Positions 18,456-29,734 of a stretch of 64,000 nt of DNA are shown one piece after another (the stretch's first letter is position 1; every line of letters begins with the position of its first letter). Origin of the DNA: Rubrobacter sp. (GTDB lineage Bacteria; Actinomycetota; Rubrobacteria; Rubrobacterales; Rubrobacteraceae). Where the stretch lies: contig JADDPR010000266.1 of the NCBI GenBank assembly GCA_016781775.1, positions 6,485 through 70,484 of the forward strand. Direction: 5' to 3'. Position numbers and translations under genes: made by a program. The notes beneath the pieces are model-generated. The model did no database searches. It saw nothing but the letters and a program-made list of their open reading frames with translations, and was not told the origin of the DNA.

Positions 18456-21400
18456 TCAGGCCTTCGCGGCGTAGAGGCTCTGGAGGGAGTTCACGCGTCC
18501 CAGGCCGCCCCGTATCTTCGACTCGATGCCCTGGACGGCCGCCGCCGCCCCGGCGAGCGTCGTGATGCAGGGCACACCGTGCATGAGGGCCTTGCGCCGG
18601 ATCTGGTAACCGTCCGTCCTCGCGCCGTGGCCCCAGGGAGTGTTGACGATGAGGTCCACGCCGCCGTACTCGATGAGCCCGAGCACGTCGTCCTCCCCGG
18701 CCCCTATCTTCGGCACCACAGAGACCCTGAGACCGTTGTTGCTCAGGACTTCCGCCGTCCCCTCGCTCCCGGCGAGCTCGAACCCGAGGTCCGCGAAAGC
18801 CCGGGCTATAAGGACGACCGCCCGCTTGTCGCGGTTCGCGACGGAGATGTACACCCTACCGCTCGACGGGAGGGTCTGGCCCGCCGCCGTCAGCGCCTTG
18901 GCGAAGGCGCCGCCGAAGGTCGGGTCGATCCCCATGGCCTCGCCGGTCGAGCGCATCTCCGGGCCGAGCAGAGGGTCGACCCCGGCGAAACGGTCGAACG
19001 GGAAGACCGGCGCCTTGACGCTGAATCGGCCGCTCGGGTGGGCGCCGAGGTTCATGTCGCGCAGCTTCTCCCCGACGAGGACGCGCGTCGCCACCTTCGC
19101 CAGGGGCACCCCGGTCGCCTTGGAGACGAACGGCACCGTCCTGGAGGCGCGGGGGTTGCACTCGATCACCAGCACGTCCTCGCCCCGCACGACAAACTGG
19201 ATGTTCATCAAGCCCACGACCCCGACCGAGAGCGCGAGCCGGCGCGTGTAGTCCTCGATGCGCTCCAGCAGCGCCCTGTGCAGCGTGATCGGGGGCGTCA
19301 CGCAGCTCGAGTCGCCGGAGTGTACCCCCGCCTCCTCGACGTGCTCCATGATCCCGCCGACGTAAACCTCCTCGCCGTCCGAGACGGCGTCCACGTCGAC
19401 CTCCATGTAGTCTTCCATGAACTCGTCGATAAGGATCGGATGCTCCGGGTCCGTGCTAACGCTGGAGCTCAAATACAGGTCGAGATCGGAGTCGTCGTAG
19501 ACGATCTCCATCCTCCGCCCGCCGAGCACGTAGGAAGGCCGGACGACGACGGGGTAGCCGAGCTCGCGGGCCACGCTCCTCGCCTCCTCCGCAGACGACG
19601 CGGTCCCGAACCGGGGGTGCGGGATGCCGAGCTCTTCGAGGAGCGCCCCGAAGCGGGAGCGGTCCTCGGCGAGGTCGATCGCGTCGGGGGAGGTCCCGAG
19701 GATCTTCACCCCGTTTTTCTGGAGCTCGTCGGCGAGCTTGAGGGGGCTCTGGCCGCCGAACTGGAGGATGACGCCCTCCGGCTTCTCGCGCCGGACGACC
19801 TCGAGGACGTGCTCGGCGGTCAGCGGCTCGAAGTAGAGCCTCGTCGAGGTGTCGTAGTCCGTCGAGACGGTCTCGGGGTTGGAGTTGACCATCACCGCGT
19901 CGTAGCCGGCCTCCTTGAGGGCGTAGCTCGCGTGTACGCAGGCGTAGTCGAACTCGATCCCCTGCCCGATCCGGTTCGGCCCGCTGCCGAGGACGACCAC
20001 GGAGGGGTTATCCCCCCGGACTACCTCGTCCTCGACCTCGTAGGTCGAGTAGAAGTATGGGGTGCGCGCGGGGAACTCGCCGGCGCAGGTGTCGACGGAC
20101 TTGTAGGTCGGACGGATCCCCAGGGCGCCGCGAACGCCCCGCACCACCTCGGTCGAGGAACCGGAGGCCGTGGCTATCGCCTCGTCCGACAAGCCGGTCC
20201 GCTTGAGCTCGTGGAGCTCCTCGGTCGAGAGCGTCTCCGAGACGGAGCCTTCGGCGGCGACGATCCTGGCGATCGAGGCGACAAAGAAGGGATCCATGCT
20301 CGTCCTGTCGCATATCTCGCGTATGTCCGACCCCGCCCTGAGGGCGTCGAAGACCGCAAAGATCCTGTACGGGTTCGGCTCGTCGAGGAGCCCCTGCACG
20401 TCCTGGGGCTCCACCTCCAGCGAAGCCATAGCCTTCATCAGGCTCTCCGTGAACGTCCGGCCTATGGCCATAACCTCGCCCACGCTGTGCATCTTGGTCG
20501 AGAGGCGGGGTGCCGCCGCCGGGAACTTCTCGAAGGCGAAGCGCGGGATCTTTGTGACCACGTAGTCGAGGGCGGGCTCGAAGGAGGCCGGGGTCGCGTG
20601 TGTGATGTCGTTCGGGATCTCATCCAACGAATACCCCACCGCGAGCTTCGCCGCGATCTTCGCGATCGGGAACCCCGTCGCCTTGCTCGCAAGCGCACTG
20701 CTCCTCGACACCCTGGGGTTCATCTCGATCACATAAAAGTCGTTCCCCTTCGGATCGACCGCGAACTGTATGTTCGAGCCCCCCGTCGAAACTCCGATCT
20801 CACGTATTATGCGTAAAGAAGCGTCACGCAGGGTCTGGTACTGGCGGTCGGAGAGGGTCTGGGCGGGGGCGACGGTGATGGAGTCGCCGGTGTGGACGCC
20901 CATGGGGTCGATGTTCTCGATGGAGCAGACGATCACGACGTTGTCGGCGAGGTCGCGCATGACCTCGAGCTCGAACTCCTTCCAGCCGGCCACACTCCGC
21001 TCGACGAGGACGCTGCGGACGGGGCTGGCGTCGAGGGCGTCGGCGACGGCCGTTCTGAGTTCCTCGGCGTTGTGGACGGTGGCGCCGCCCTTGCCGCCGA
21101 GGGTGAAGCTTGGGCGCAGGATCAGGGGGTACCCGATGCGCGACGCCAGTTCTAGCGCCTCGTCGATGCGGCTGACGACCTCGCTCTCGGGGACCTTCAG
21201 GCCGATCTCCCCCATCGCATCGTGAAAGAGTTGGCGGTCCTCGGCCTTCTGGATGGAGTCGACAGGGGCGCCGAGGAGCTCGATCCCGAGCTCCTCGAGG
21301 ACGCCCGCCTCGTGCAGCTCGATGGCGAGGTTCAGGGCCGTCTGGCCGCCGAGGGTCGGGAGCACCGCGTCCGGGCGCTCCCGGCGAAGGATCTCCGCCA

Positions 21401-21620
21401 CCGTCTCGACCGTAAGGGGCTCGACGTAGGTCACGTCGGCGAGCTCCGGGTCGGTCATGATCGTGGCGGGGTTCGAGTTCACGAGGATTACGCGGTAGCC
21501 CTCGTCCCGCAGGGCCCGGCAGGCCTGCGTCCCGGAGTAGTCGAACTCGGCGGCCTGGCCGATGACTATCGGGCCGGAGCCGATGATAAGGATGCTCGAA
21601 AGGTCGTTGCGGCGCGGCAA
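18456..21620 (-). CDS. carB: Carbamoyl-phosphate synthase large subunit
   Basis: [42 protein letters not shown], second [18 protein letters not shown] domain; TTG at 21620. Confidence 0.98.
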   Translation of the reverse strand: MPRRNDLSSILIIGSGPIVIGQAAEFDYSGTQACRALRDEGYRVILVNSNPATIMTDPELADVTYVEPLTVETVAEILRRERPDAVLPTLGGQTALNLAIELHEAGVLEELGIELLGAPVDSIQKAEDRQLFHDAMGEIGLKVPESEVVSRIDEALELASRIGYPLILRPSFTLGGKGGATVHNAEELRTAVADALDASPVRSVLVERSVAGWKEFELEVMRDLADNVVIVCSIENIDPMGVHTGDSITVAPAQTLSDRQYQTLRDASLRIIREIGVSTGGSNIQFAVDPKGNDFYVIEMNPRVSRSSALASKATGFPIAKIAAKLAVGYSLDEIPNDITHATPASFEPALDYVVTKIPRFAFEKFPAAAPRLSTKMHSVGEVMAIGRTFTESLMKAMASLEVEPQDVQGLLDEPNPYRIFAVFDALRAGSDIREICDRTSMDPFFVASIARIVAAEGSVSETLSTEELHELKRTGLSDEAIATASGSSTEVVRGVRGALGIRPTYKSVDTCAGEFPARTPYFYSTYEVEDEVVRGDNPSVVVLGSGPNRIGQGIEFDYACVHASYALKEAGYDAVMVNSNPETVSTDYDTSTRLYFEPLTAEHVLEVVRREKPEGVILQFGGQSPLKLADELQKNGVKILGTSPDAIDLAEDRSRFGALLEELGIPHPRFGTASSAEEARSVARELGYPVVVRPSYVLGGRRMEIVYDDSDLDLYLSSSVSTDPEHPILIDEFMEDYMEVDVDAVSDGEEVYVGGIMEHVEEAGVHSGDSSCVTPPITLHRALLERIEDYTRRLALSVGVVGLMNIQFVVRGEDVLVIECNPRASRTVPFVSKATGVPLAKVATRVLVGEKLRDMNLGAHPSGRFSVKAPVFPFDRFAGVDPLLGPEMRSTGEAMGIDPTFGGAFAKALTAAGQTLPSSGRVYISVANRDKRAVVLIARAFADLGFELAGSEGTAEVLSNNGLRVSVVPKIGAGEDDVLGLIEYGGVDLIVNTPWGHGARTDGYQIRRKALMHGVPCITTLAGAAAAVQGIESKIRGGLGRVNSLQSLYAAKA

Positions 21621-21633
21621 GAAATTCTCTCCT

Positions 21634-22746
21634 TTAGAGCGCCCGGGCGCCGGAGGCGACCTCGACGAAACCGTCGAAGAGGTAGCCCGAGTCGTGGGGC
21701 CCGGGGCTCGATTCGGGGTGATACTGGACGCTCCAAGCACGAAGACGCGGACTTCTTAGGCCCTCGACCGTGCCGTCGTAGAGGTTTCGGTGCGTGAGCT
21801 CGACGCCCTCGGGCAGCTTCTCCCCGACGACCGCGAAGCCGTGGTTCTGGCTCGTGATCTCGATCTTGCCCGTGTCCAGGTTCCTTACCGGATGGTTCGC
21901 CCCGTGGTGGCCGAAGGGCATCTTGTAGGTCCTGCACCCGAGCGCGAGCCCCAGAAGCTGATGGCCGAGGCATATGCCGAAGACCGGCGCCTCGCCGATC
22001 ACGTCCTCGACCGTCGCGGCGGCCTTCTCCAAGGCGGCGGGGTCGCCAGGGCCGTTGGAGAGAAAGACGCCGTCGGGACGGTGGCTCAGGATCTCCTCTG
22101 CCCCCGTCGAGCCGGGCACCGCGAGGACGGATGCGCCTCGGCTCCTGAGCTCGCGGTAAATCGAACCCTTCACGCCGTAATCCAGGGCTACCACCCGGCA
22201 ACGCTCCTCGCCGAACGCGGGCAACAACGTAGGCTCGGTCAGCTGCGCGCTCGACGACGCGAGGTCGAGACCCTCCATCGAAGGGTGAGACTTCGCCTTC
22301 CCGCGCAACACTTCAACGTTCGTCTCCGTGGTCGAGATGACGCCGCGCATCGCGCCCTTGTCCCTCAAGTGACGAGTGAGGGCGCGGGTGTCCAGGCCCT
22401 CGACTCCCAGGGTGCCGTGCGCTTCGAGGAGGTCGGCAAGGGAGAGCTCGCTCGCCCAGTTGCTCGGGTACTCGGTGTATTCGCGGACGAGGACGGCGGC
22501 GGCCTGCACCTTCCTCGATTCGGCGTCGTCGGGGATCACGCCGTAGTTCCCGATGAGGGGGTAGGTGAAGAGCACGATCTGGCCGCGGTAAGACGGATCG
22601 GTCAGCGTCTCCTGGTAGCCGACCATGCTGGTCGTGAAGACGACCTCCCCCGACACGTCGCCGTCCCCCGCGAAGGTCCATCCGGAGAAGGATACCCCGT
22701 CCTCCAGGACCACCAGGGCCCGACTCCGCCCCGCCAGGGGTCCCAA
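21634..22746 (-). CDS. carA: Carbamoyl-phosphate synthase small subunit
   Basis: [45 protein letters not shown]. Confidence 0.97.
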   Translation of the reverse strand: MGPLAGRSRALVVLEDGVSFSGWTFAGDGDVSGEVVFTTSMVGYQETLTDPSYRGQIVLFTYPLIGNYGVIPDDAESRKVQAAAVLVREYTEYPSNWASELSLADLLEAHGTLGVEGLDTRALTRHLRDKGAMRGVISTTETNVEVLRGKAKSHPSMEGLDLASSSAQLTEPTLLPAFGEERCRVVALDYGVKGSIYRELRSRGASVLAVPGSTGAEEILSHRPDGVFLSNGPGDPAALEKAAATVEDVIGEAPVFGICLGHQLLGLALGCRTYKMPFGHHGANHPVRNLDTGKIEITSQNHGFAVVGEKLPEGVELTHRNLYDGTVEGLRSPRLRAWSVQYHPESSPGPHDSGYLFDGFVEVASGARAL

Positions 22747-22753
22747 ATTGTTG

Positions 22754-24094
22754 TTACGCCCGTGACCCAAACCTTGCTCCCGTTCGATCTTGTACAAGCT
22801 CTCCACCGACCATCGTGCCCACGACCCGACCCTTGAGGTTCCTCCCCAGATAGGGGCTGTTGCCGGACAAGCTGAGTAGCCCGTCGGCTCGCACCGTCCA
22901 CTCCTCGGAGAGGTCCACGAGCGCGAGGTCCGCGGGCGCCCCCGCTTCTATCCGCCCGGCCCCGTCCCCTACCCAGCGCCCGGGCGCCGAGGACATCGCC
23001 CCGACGAGCCTGCTCAGGGTGAGGGAGCCGCCCAGCACCAGCTCGGTGAAGAGCGCCGAGAAGGCCGTCTCGTGCCCGAGAAAACCGGGCGCGGCCTCCT
23101 CCAGTGGGAGATACTTCTCCTCGGAGGCGTGCGGCGCGTGGTCAGTCGCGACAAAGTCAAGGATACCATCCCGCAAGGCCTCCCCGACGCCGAGCCTGTC
23201 GCCCTCCGGCCTCAAGGGCGGGTTCACCCTGTACATCCCCTCCAGGCTCTGTACGAGCTCGTCGATAAGGGTGAGGTGATGCGGGGTCGTGTCCGCGGTG
23301 ACGTCCGCAGCAGGGACGCTCCCCTTGAAGAAGCCCACGAGGGCGGCGGAGAGCGCGGTCGAGACGTGGGTGACGTGGACCTTCGCGCCCGTTTCGGCGG
23401 CCAGGACGAGCGCTGTCGCCGTTGCGACGTCCTCGGCGCTTCCCGGAGAGCCGGGGAGGCCGGCGAGAGCCGCCGCGGCCCCGTCGTGGACGACGCCCGT
23501 CGCGAGCGTGTGGTCCTCGCAATGGAGGATCACGGGCATCCCGGAGTCCTTTGCGTACAGCATCGCGTTCCGGAGGACCCCGGAGGACTGCGTGCCGAGC
23601 CCGTCGTCGGAGACGCAGAAGGCGCCGGCCTCCTTCATCAGGCGCATCTCCGTCAGGCGCTCGCCCTTCAAACCCTCGTGCAAAGCCGCGGAGACGTAGG
23701 CACGCACCCGAGACTCCCCCTCGACGCGCCGTACGAGGCCGGAGACAACGACGGGGCGGTCGATCACGGGGTCCGTGTTCGGCATCATCACCACGCTCGT
23801 GAAGCCGCCCGCCGCGGCGGCGGCCGAGCCGGTTTCTATCGTCTCTTCGTCCTCACGGCCGGGGGTGCGCCAGTGGGCGTGCACGTCCACGAAGCCGGGG
23901 AAGAGGTGGAGCCCGTCGGCTTCGATGTTCCGCAGACCCTTCAGGTTCTCGCTGACCTCCGCAATGCGCCCCCCGGAGATCCGAACGTCCATCACCCCGT
24001 CGAGACCGGAGGACGGGTCGAGAACGTGCGCTCCACGGACGACGAGGTCGTCCGGTCCGGTGGTCGGGATGTTTGTCGGGGCGTGGTGCGTCAC
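22754..24094 (-). CDS. pyrC: Dihydroorotase
   Basis: [45 protein letters not shown]. Confidence 0.95.
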   Translation of the reverse strand: MTHHAPTNIPTTGPDDLVVRGAHVLDPSSGLDGVMDVRISGGRIAEVSENLKGLRNIEADGLHLFPGFVDVHAHWRTPGREDEETIETGSAAAAAGGFTSVVMMPNTDPVIDRPVVVSGLVRRVEGESRVRAYVSAALHEGLKGERLTEMRLMKEAGAFCVSDDGLGTQSSGVLRNAMLYAKDSGMPVILHCEDHTLATGVVHDGAAAALAGLPGSPGSAEDVATATALVLAAETGAKVHVTHVSTALSAALVGFFKGSVPAADVTADTTPHHLTLIDELVQSLEGMYRVNPPLRPEGDRLGVGEALRDGILDFVATDHAPHASEEKYLPLEEAAPGFLGHETAFSALFTELVLGGSLTLSRLVGAMSSAPGRWVGDGAGRIEAGAPADLALVDLSEEWTVRADGLLSLSGNSPYLGRNLKGRVVGTMVGGELVQDRTGARFGSRA

Positions 24095-25017
24095 GCGGCT
24101 ACCCTGCTGCGGGCGACGTCCATGGACAGGGCGAGGACGGCCGAGCGGACCGCGACGCCGGATGCGACCTGATCCGGTATAAGCGAAGACGCATCCAGGA
24201 CCACGTCGCCCGCGACCTCGACGCCCCGGTTGACCGGTCCCGGGTGCATAACCACGGCACCGCCCGCGAGGTGACGCCTCGCGACGCCGTAGAATCGCGC
24301 ATACTCGGGGACGGAAGGGACGCGAGGGGAGCCCCCGGTCATGCGCTCCTTTTGAAGGCGGAGGGCGTAGAGGACGTCGGCGCCCCAATCGACCGCATCG
24401 TCGACGGAGGGGAGCACGGGTAGGCCCCAGGCCCCGGCGTCGAGCGGCAGCAGGGTCTGTGGGGCGACGATCGCAAGCTCCATCCCGGCGGCCCGGAAGG
24501 CGGGGATGATGCTGCGGGCCACCCGGCTGTGCACCACGTCCCCGACGACGGCGACCTTGCGCCCCTCGAGCTCGTCGAAGCCCCCGAGGTGGCCGGAGAG
24601 GGCATGCAGGTCCAGTAGTGCCTGGGTCGGGTGCTGCCCGCGTCCGTCGCCCGCGTTGATGACGGCGGCCTCGGTATGGAGGGCGGCGAGGCGGGCGGCG
24701 CCGGCGGCGGGGTGGCGGAGCACGATGGCGTCGGCCCCGAGACTGTCGAGGGTGACTATCGTGTCGATGAGGCCCTCGCCCTTCTGTATGGACGAGCCCC
24801 TTTCGGAGAGGGAGATCACGTCCGCCCCGGCCCTGCGAGCGGCGAGCTCGAAGGAGACGGCGGTGCGCGTGGAGGCCTCGAAGAAGGCGAGGCACACGAT
24901 CTTTCCGGCCAGCGGACGATCGACGGTTCCGGAGGCGTAGTCGCGGGCGAGATCGAGCACCTCCCGGAGGTCGGCCCGGCTCGTGCCCTCGAGGGTAAGC
25001 AGGTTTCTAGCGGGCAA
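24091..25017 (-). CDS. pyrB: Aspartate carbamoyltransferase
   Basis: [46 protein letters not shown]. Confidence 0.97.
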   Translation of the reverse strand: MPARNLLTLEGTSRADLREVLDLARDYASGTVDRPLAGKIVCLAFFEASTRTAVSFELAARRAGADVISLSERGSSIQKGEGLIDTIVTLDSLGADAIVLRHPAAGAARLAALHTEAAVINAGDGRGQHPTQALLDLHALSGHLGGFDELEGRKVAVVGDVVHSRVARSIIPAFRAAGMELAIVAPQTLLPLDAGAWGLPVLPSVDDAVDWGADVLYALRLQKERMTGGSPRVPSVPEYARFYGVARRHLAGGAVVMHPGPVNRGVEVAGDVVLDASSLIPDQVASGVAVRSAVLALSMDVARSRVAA

Positions 25018-25609
25018 CGGTGATCACCCCGTCCTCTCCATCGGTCTCGACGAGCTTCACCCGCACGGTCTCCGCGCGGCTTGTCGGGACGTTCTTGCCG
25101 ACGTAGTCCGCCCGGATCGGCAGCTCCCGATGCCCCCGGTCCACGAGGATCGCGAGCCGTATTGCCGCCGGACGCCCCATCTCCAGCAAAGCATCCATCG
25201 CGGCCCGAGACGTCCGCCCGGTGTACAGCACGTCGTCGACGAGGACCACGGTCTTGCCCGCGACGTCGAACGGCAGCCGGCTCCCGCGCAGCTCCGGCTC
25301 CCTGCCGTCGTTCCCCAGATCGTCGCGGTGGAGCGTGATGTCCAGGGAGCCTACCGGTACCTCCAGTCCCTCGAAACGCCGTATGTTCTCGGCGATCCTG
25401 TGGGCGAGCGGCACCCCCCGCGTGAGCACGCCTACGAGGGCCAGATCTTCCAACGAAGTCGCGTTGCGCTCCAGGATCTCGTGCGAGATGCGCCTTAGTG
25501 ACCGGTCGAGGCCGTCTTTGGAGAGAATCTCGGAGTTTCGGCTCCCGGCCGGCGTCTCCGCCCGGCCGCGCCTGTCGTGCCGACGAACGTCGGCGCTCGA
25601 ACGTTTCAA
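25007..25609 (-). CDS. pyrR: Pyrimidine regulatory protein / UPRTase PyrR
   Basis: [48 protein letters not shown]; TTG at 25609 after GAAGGGGG. Confidence 0.96.
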   Translation of the reverse strand: MKRSSADVRRHDRRGRAETPAGSRNSEILSKDGLDRSLRRISHEILERNATSLEDLALVGVLTRGVPLAHRIAENIRRFEGLEVPVGSLDITLHRDDLGNDGREPELRGSRLPFDVAGKTVVLVDDVLYTGRTSRAAMDALLEMGRPAAIRLAILVDRGHRELPIRADYVGKNVPTSRAETVRVKLVETDGEDGVITVAR

Positions 25610-25616
25610 GCTGGTA

Positions 25617-25651
25617 CCCCCTTCGCGCCTCACGGGGCGCCGTTAAAGGAT
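25617..25651 (-). promoter_or_regulatory. PyrR-binding RNA stem-loop overlapping the pyrR Shine-Dalgarno
   Basis: Minus strand AUCCUUUAACG-GCGCC-CCGUGA-GGCGC-GAAGGGGG resembles the PyrR binding loop (CUUUAA...CCNGNGAGGC...GAAGG). Confidence 0.8.
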
Positions 25652-25667
25652 CGGTAAATTTCCGCTG

Positions 25668-25696
25668 ACGGTATCAAAGCCCGCGCGAAGCGTCAA
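25668..25696 (-). promoter_or_regulatory. sigma70-type pyr operon promoter TTGACG-N17-TACCGT
   Basis: Exact 17-nt spacer containing the TG extension. Confidence 0.7.
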
Positions 25697-25724
25697 GAAG
25701 CCGGAGAGGCGGAGCCCGTCCTCC

Positions 25725-26618
25725 TCACAAGCCCAGGGAGGCCGCGGTGGCTCGAAGGTCCTCGGGTACCCCGGACTCGAACTCGACGGGCTCGTGCGTG
25801 ACAGGATGCTCGAAGCCGAGGCGTTCGGCGTGGAGCCAGAGGCGCGCCTCCGGGACGGGTATCCCGTAAAGCGGATCTGCGTAGACCGGAAAGCCGATGG
25901 CCGAGAGGTGAACCCGGATCTGGTGAGTCCGGCCCGTTTCGAGCGTGACGGCGAGCATGGAGTGGCCCGCCGCCTCCGAGAGGACCTCGAAGTGCGTCAC
26001 CGCCTGCCGGCCGACCCCCGCGGTCATGAGGGTCGGGTTCGTGGGATGGCGCCCGATAGGAGAATCGATCGTCCCCGTGGCGGGCAGGCCGACGCCTACC
26101 ACCACCGCCCGGTACTGGCGCTTCACCCGCCGCGCGGAGAGCTGGGCCACGAGCCCCGAGTAAGCGGCCTCGTCCTTCGCGAGCACCATGAGCCCGGAGG
26201 TATCCCGGTCGAGGCGTTGCACCACCCCGGGCCGATCTTCATCCTCCCCGCCCGCGATGCCCCTGTTCAGCAACGCGTTGACGAGCGTCCCGGAATCGTT
26301 CCCGGCACCGGGATGCACCACGAGACCGGCGGGCTTGTCCACGACGATCAGAGACTCGTCCTCGTAGACCACGGGGACGGGGATGTCCTCCGGGAAGAGG
26401 CCCCTCTGCGGAAGATGGGCCTCCACGCTCTCCCCGGCGCGAGCCTTGTATGAGGGCGAAGCCTCCTCGCCGCCCACGCGCACGGAGCCGTCCTCGATCA
26501 TGCGCCGCGCCGCGCTACGGCTGACGTCGAATCGCAGGGCGACGAGACGGTCCAGGCGCTCCCCCGCCTCGGTCGGCCCGACCTCGAAGTTGTGGCTCTC
26601 GGCGTCCAGCGTGGCTAT
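25725..26618 (-). CDS. rluD: RluA/RluD-family 23S rRNA pseudouridine synthase; non-canonical start
   Basis: DKPAGLVVHPG, RPGVVQRLDRDTSG, LETGRTHQIRVH, LHAERLGFEHP; S4 domain 'GERLDRLVA...SRSAARRMIEDG' lies upstream of the first ATG. Confidence 0.92.
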   Translation of the reverse strand: MATLDAESHNFEVGPTEAGERLDRLVALRFDVSRSAARRMIEDGSVRVGGEEASPSYKARAGESVEAHLPQRGLFPEDIPVPVVYEDESLIVVDKPAGLVVHPGAGNDSGTLVNALLNRGIAGGEDEDRPGVVQRLDRDTSGLMVLAKDEAAYSGLVAQLSARRVKRQYRAVVVGVGLPATGTIDSPIGRHPTNPTLMTAGVGRQAVTHFEVLSEAAGHSMLAVTLETGRTHQIRVHLSAIGFPVYADPLYGIPVPEARLWLHAERLGFEHPVTHEPVEFESGVPEDLRATAASLGL

Positions 26619-26935
26619 AGGAGCGGTCCCAGCCGCTTGAGAATCTCTGCCGGATCCCCGCCCCGCACGAGGACGGACTTGTCGCGGGAGGTAGCACCGT
26701 GGACGATGGACACCGCGGAGGGTCCCAGGCCCAGCAGCCCTGCCAAGAAGCGCTCCACCTCGGCGTTCGCCTTGCCGTCGACGGGAGGAGCGGCCACAGA
26801 GAGCTTGACGGCCTCCTCGCCGTAGACCCCCTTCAAAGAGGTCCTCTTGGCCCCGGGTGAGACCCGAAGCCGGACGAGTACGCCGTCTTTGGTGGGACGG
26901 ACGAACCCGCGTGCCTCCGTCCCGGCGCTAGCCAC
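26615..26935 (-). CDS. DUF167/YggU family protein
   Basis: RVSPGAKR, VAAPPVDGKANAE, GATSRDK. Confidence 0.9.
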   Translation of the reverse strand: MASAGTEARGFVRPTKDGVLVRLRVSPGAKRTSLKGVYGEEAVKLSVAAPPVDGKANAEVERFLAGLLGLGPSAVSIVHGATSRDKSVLVRGGDPAEILKRLGPLL

Positions 26936-27938
26936 GCCTGCGCAGGAAGCGGCTCGCCCGGAAGATCCTGCTCTCCTCGGTCTTCTGCCCGGACTTGTCC
27001 TCGTCGAAGAACCGGTCGTAGGCCGGTCCCTCGCCGGTCGGCGCGGGCTCCTCCCGGTTCACCTCCTCCGCACCCACGGGCCTGGCGTCCACCTCGCGCA
27101 CGGAACCGTCGTCCAACCCCGCGAGGGGCCCCGTCTCCTGCGCGCTCGTCGAGGCGCTCGCCGTCGAACCCGTCCCGGCACCCGCCCGGGTCGTCGAAGG
27201 CTCGACCTCCGGCTCCGTCGCCTCGGGCTCGGGGGAGTCCGCGACCGTCTCCGACGCATCCGCCCCCCCGCTCGGGGTCCGGGGCACCTCTATGCGCTGG
27301 GTCGCGTCCTCGGCACCAACGTCCCCACCGCCGTCCGCGAGATCGCCGGTCGCGGCATCCGTCGAGGCGCCGACCTGCGCGGTGCCGTCGATGGCATCCT
27401 CGGAGCGCCGGGTCTCGGCTGCCCGCCGAGCGGTGGCGATGGACTCGGTGTCGAGGCGCTCGCGGAGGGAGGCCTCTATCTCCTTCGCCGAGGCGACGTC
27501 GGCGTTTTCCATCACGGCGAGGTAGCTCTTGAGGAGGTGGCGAAAGTCGTTCTGGAAGTCTTGCTTGGCCTTCTGCAAGACGCCATAAGATTCCTGGACC
27601 CGCTCGACCCGGGAGGAGGAGTCGGCGAGGATGCGGTGCGCCTGCTCCTTCGCCTCGCGCACGACAAGCTCGGCCTCCTTGTTCGCGTTGCGCCGGAGGT
27701 CGCGGGCGACCTGCTGGGCGTGGACGAGCGCCTCGCGGATCGCCCCCTCGAGCTCCTCGAACTGATCGAGGCGGCTCTGCAGGGTGGAGATCTCATCCTT
27801 CATCCGTTGGTTCTCGGAGAAGGAGCGCTCGAACTCGTCGGCCACCTCATCCAGAAAATCGTCCACCTGATTCGCGTCGTAGCCCCGCAGGCTGTTCTTG
27901 AACTCCCTGCGACGCACGTCAATCGGTTTTATAGCCAT
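26928..27938 (-). CDS. divIVA: DivIVA cell-polarity protein with long acidic tail
   Basis: IKPIDVRRREFKNSLRGYDANQVDDFLD, coiled coil ALVHAQQVA...EAELVVREA. Confidence 0.92.
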   Translation of the reverse strand: MAIKPIDVRRREFKNSLRGYDANQVDDFLDEVADEFERSFSENQRMKDEISTLQSRLDQFEELEGAIREALVHAQQVARDLRRNANKEAELVVREAKEQAHRILADSSSRVERVQESYGVLQKAKQDFQNDFRHLLKSYLAVMENADVASAKEIEASLRERLDTESIATARRAAETRRSEDAIDGTAQVGASTDAATGDLADGGGDVGAEDATQRIEVPRTPSGGADASETVADSPEPEATEPEVEPSTTRAGAGTGSTASASTSAQETGPLAGLDDGSVREVDARPVGAEEVNREEPAPTGEGPAYDRFFDEDKSGQKTEESRIFRASRFLRRRG

Positions 27939-27942
27939 ACCA

Positions 27943-28299
27943 TCACCCCGTTATCGGTCTTATAAATTGGTTGATCACTATCAGTAACAGGCCGGACGCT
28001 ATGTTCAACCCTATGATCGCGATGATCGGCGAGAGGTCAAGGCCGAAGCCCCCGATCCTCAAAGGCGGTATCACGCTCCTTATCGGCCCCAGGATAGGGT
28101 TGACGATCGCCCGTACCGCGTCATACACCGCTTGAAAGAACCCGCTCGACGGGTACCTGGGGATAAAACTGATGACGATGGACGCCAGAATAGCCCCGAA
28201 GAGTATGTAGTAGACGTAGTTGACGATGTTGGCGAGCACCTCGGCGACGCTGAACCCGAAAAGCTGCGCAAGCGTCAGTATGCTACCCACCCCCGTCAA
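27943..28299 (-). CDS. YggT/YlmG membrane protein
   Basis: PILGPIRSVIPPLRIGGFGLDLSPIIA. Confidence 0.9.
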   Translation of the reverse strand: MTGVGSILTLAQLFGFSVAEVLANIVNYVYYILFGAILASIVISFIPRYPSSGFFQAVYDAVRAIVNPILGPIRSVIPPLRIGGFGLDLSPIIAIIGLNIASGLLLIVINQFIRPITG

Positions 28300-29090
28300 T
28301 CCGCCAGCCTCCGCGCTCGCTCGGTGGCTGCCTCGATGCCGTCGTAGACCGCCGCCACGAACCCGGCCTTCTCCATCGCCACGAACGCAGCCGCCGTCGT
28401 ACCGCCCGGCGTCATGACCTCGTCCCGAATCTGGTGCGCCGACCGCTCCTTGAGCAAGACCGACGTCCCCCCTATCGTCTGATTTACGAGCCTGCGCGCC
28501 ACGTCCCTGGGGATACCCTCCCGCACCCCGGCCTGAATAAGCGCGTCCGCGAAAAGCGCTACGTACGCCGGCCCCGATCCATGCAGCGCGGTCGCCGCAT
28601 CGAAGAGCCGCTCGGGCAACTCCATCACGTCCCCGACGTGCCCGAAGATCTCCATAACGGTCGGAACGTGTTCCTGCCCGGCCTCGTTCGCCGCAACGAC
28701 CGCGGAACCTAAGCCCACCGAAGCGGCGACGTTCGGCATCACGCGCAAGACTGGAGTCCCGGCGGCGAGCCTCCCCTCGATCGCCTTGATCGGCACCCCA
28801 GCCGCGACACTAACTACCGCCGTACCCTCGATCGTCGGTGCAACCTCGTCCAGCACCGTCAGCACGTCCCAGGGTTTAACCGCAACGATAAGTAGATCGC
28901 TGGCCTCGGCGACCTCCCTGTTGGATTGAGTAATTTTTACGCCGTAACCCTCAGCGAAATGTTTCAACTGCTCCTCGTGGACGTCGCTCACCATGAGGTC
29001 GAAGTCCGGGGAGGCCGAGAGACGGGCTACGAGGGAACCCCCGATCTTGCCCGCCCCGATGATGCCTACTTTCTTGGAAGTCACGGACAC
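28296..29090 (-). CDS. proC: Pyrroline-5-carboxylate reductase
   Basis: IGAGKIG, AVKP, SVAAG, RVMPN, GSGPAY, VMTPGGTT. Confidence 0.96.
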   Translation of the reverse strand: MSVTSKKVGIIGAGKIGGSLVARLSASPDFDLMVSDVHEEQLKHFAEGYGVKITQSNREVAEASDLLIVAVKPWDVLTVLDEVAPTIEGTAVVSVAAGVPIKAIEGRLAAGTPVLRVMPNVAASVGLGSAVVAANEAGQEHVPTVMEIFGHVGDVMELPERLFDAATALHGSGPAYVALFADALIQAGVREGIPRDVARRLVNQTIGGTSVLLKERSAHQIRDEVMTPGGTTAAAFVAMEKAGFVAAVYDGIEAATERARRLAD

Positions 29091-29096
29091 GAAGGG

Positions 29097-29711
29097 CTAG
29101 AGCTGGTTGAAGAACGCGCGCTCGGCGAGCCGCTTGCGCTCCTCGGCCGAGACCTCGACGTTCCGCGGCGTCAGGAGGAAGACCCTGTTCGCGACGGTCT
29201 GGATCTGCCCGTCCAGCGCGTACGTGAGCCCCGAGCAGAAGTCCACCATGCGCCGCGAGAGCTCGCCGTCGGCGTGCTGGAGGTTCAGGATCACCGGCTG
29301 CTGGCGCTTGAAGCGGTCGGCCAGGGCCTGGGCGTCGTTGAAGTTGGCGGGGTCGATCACGCTGACCCTCGTCGAGGGCGCCACCCGGTTGTCCGGAACC
29401 GCCCTGAGGTGCCCCGAGTTGTTCTGCGCAGCGCCGTAACCGCCCGAGGCGGACCGCTCGCCCCTCCCGGCGTTCTCGCTGCCGAAGAGATCACCCAAAG
29501 AGGTACCGAAGGCCGAGGAGCGCTCGGCGCGACCCAGACGGCGAACCGCCGGGCTCGGCTCGCTCACCGGCTGCTCCGTCTCGCCGCCGTAACGACTGCC
29601 CTTGGAGGCGTAGCGACGCCCTTCCTCCTCTTCCTCTTCGTAGTAATCATCCTCGTCCACGCCGAAACCAAACCACGCGGCGACGCGCTCGAGTTGATCT
29701 CTAACTCCCAT
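29097..29711 (-). CDS. sepF: Cell division protein SepF
   Basis: N-terminal amphipathic 'AAWFGF', PANFNDAQ, PVILNL, RRMVDFCSGLTYALDG, FLLTP. Confidence 0.95.
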   Translation of the reverse strand: MGVRDQLERVAAWFGFGVDEDDYYEEEEEEGRRYASKGSRYGGETEQPVSEPSPAVRRLGRAERSSAFGTSLGDLFGSENAGRGERSASGGYGAAQNNSGHLRAVPDNRVAPSTRVSVIDPANFNDAQALADRFKRQQPVILNLQHADGELSRRMVDFCSGLTYALDGQIQTVANRVFLLTPRNVEVSAEERKRLAERAFFNQL

Positions 29712-29734
29712 CCGACCTCCTCACGGGCCTCACC

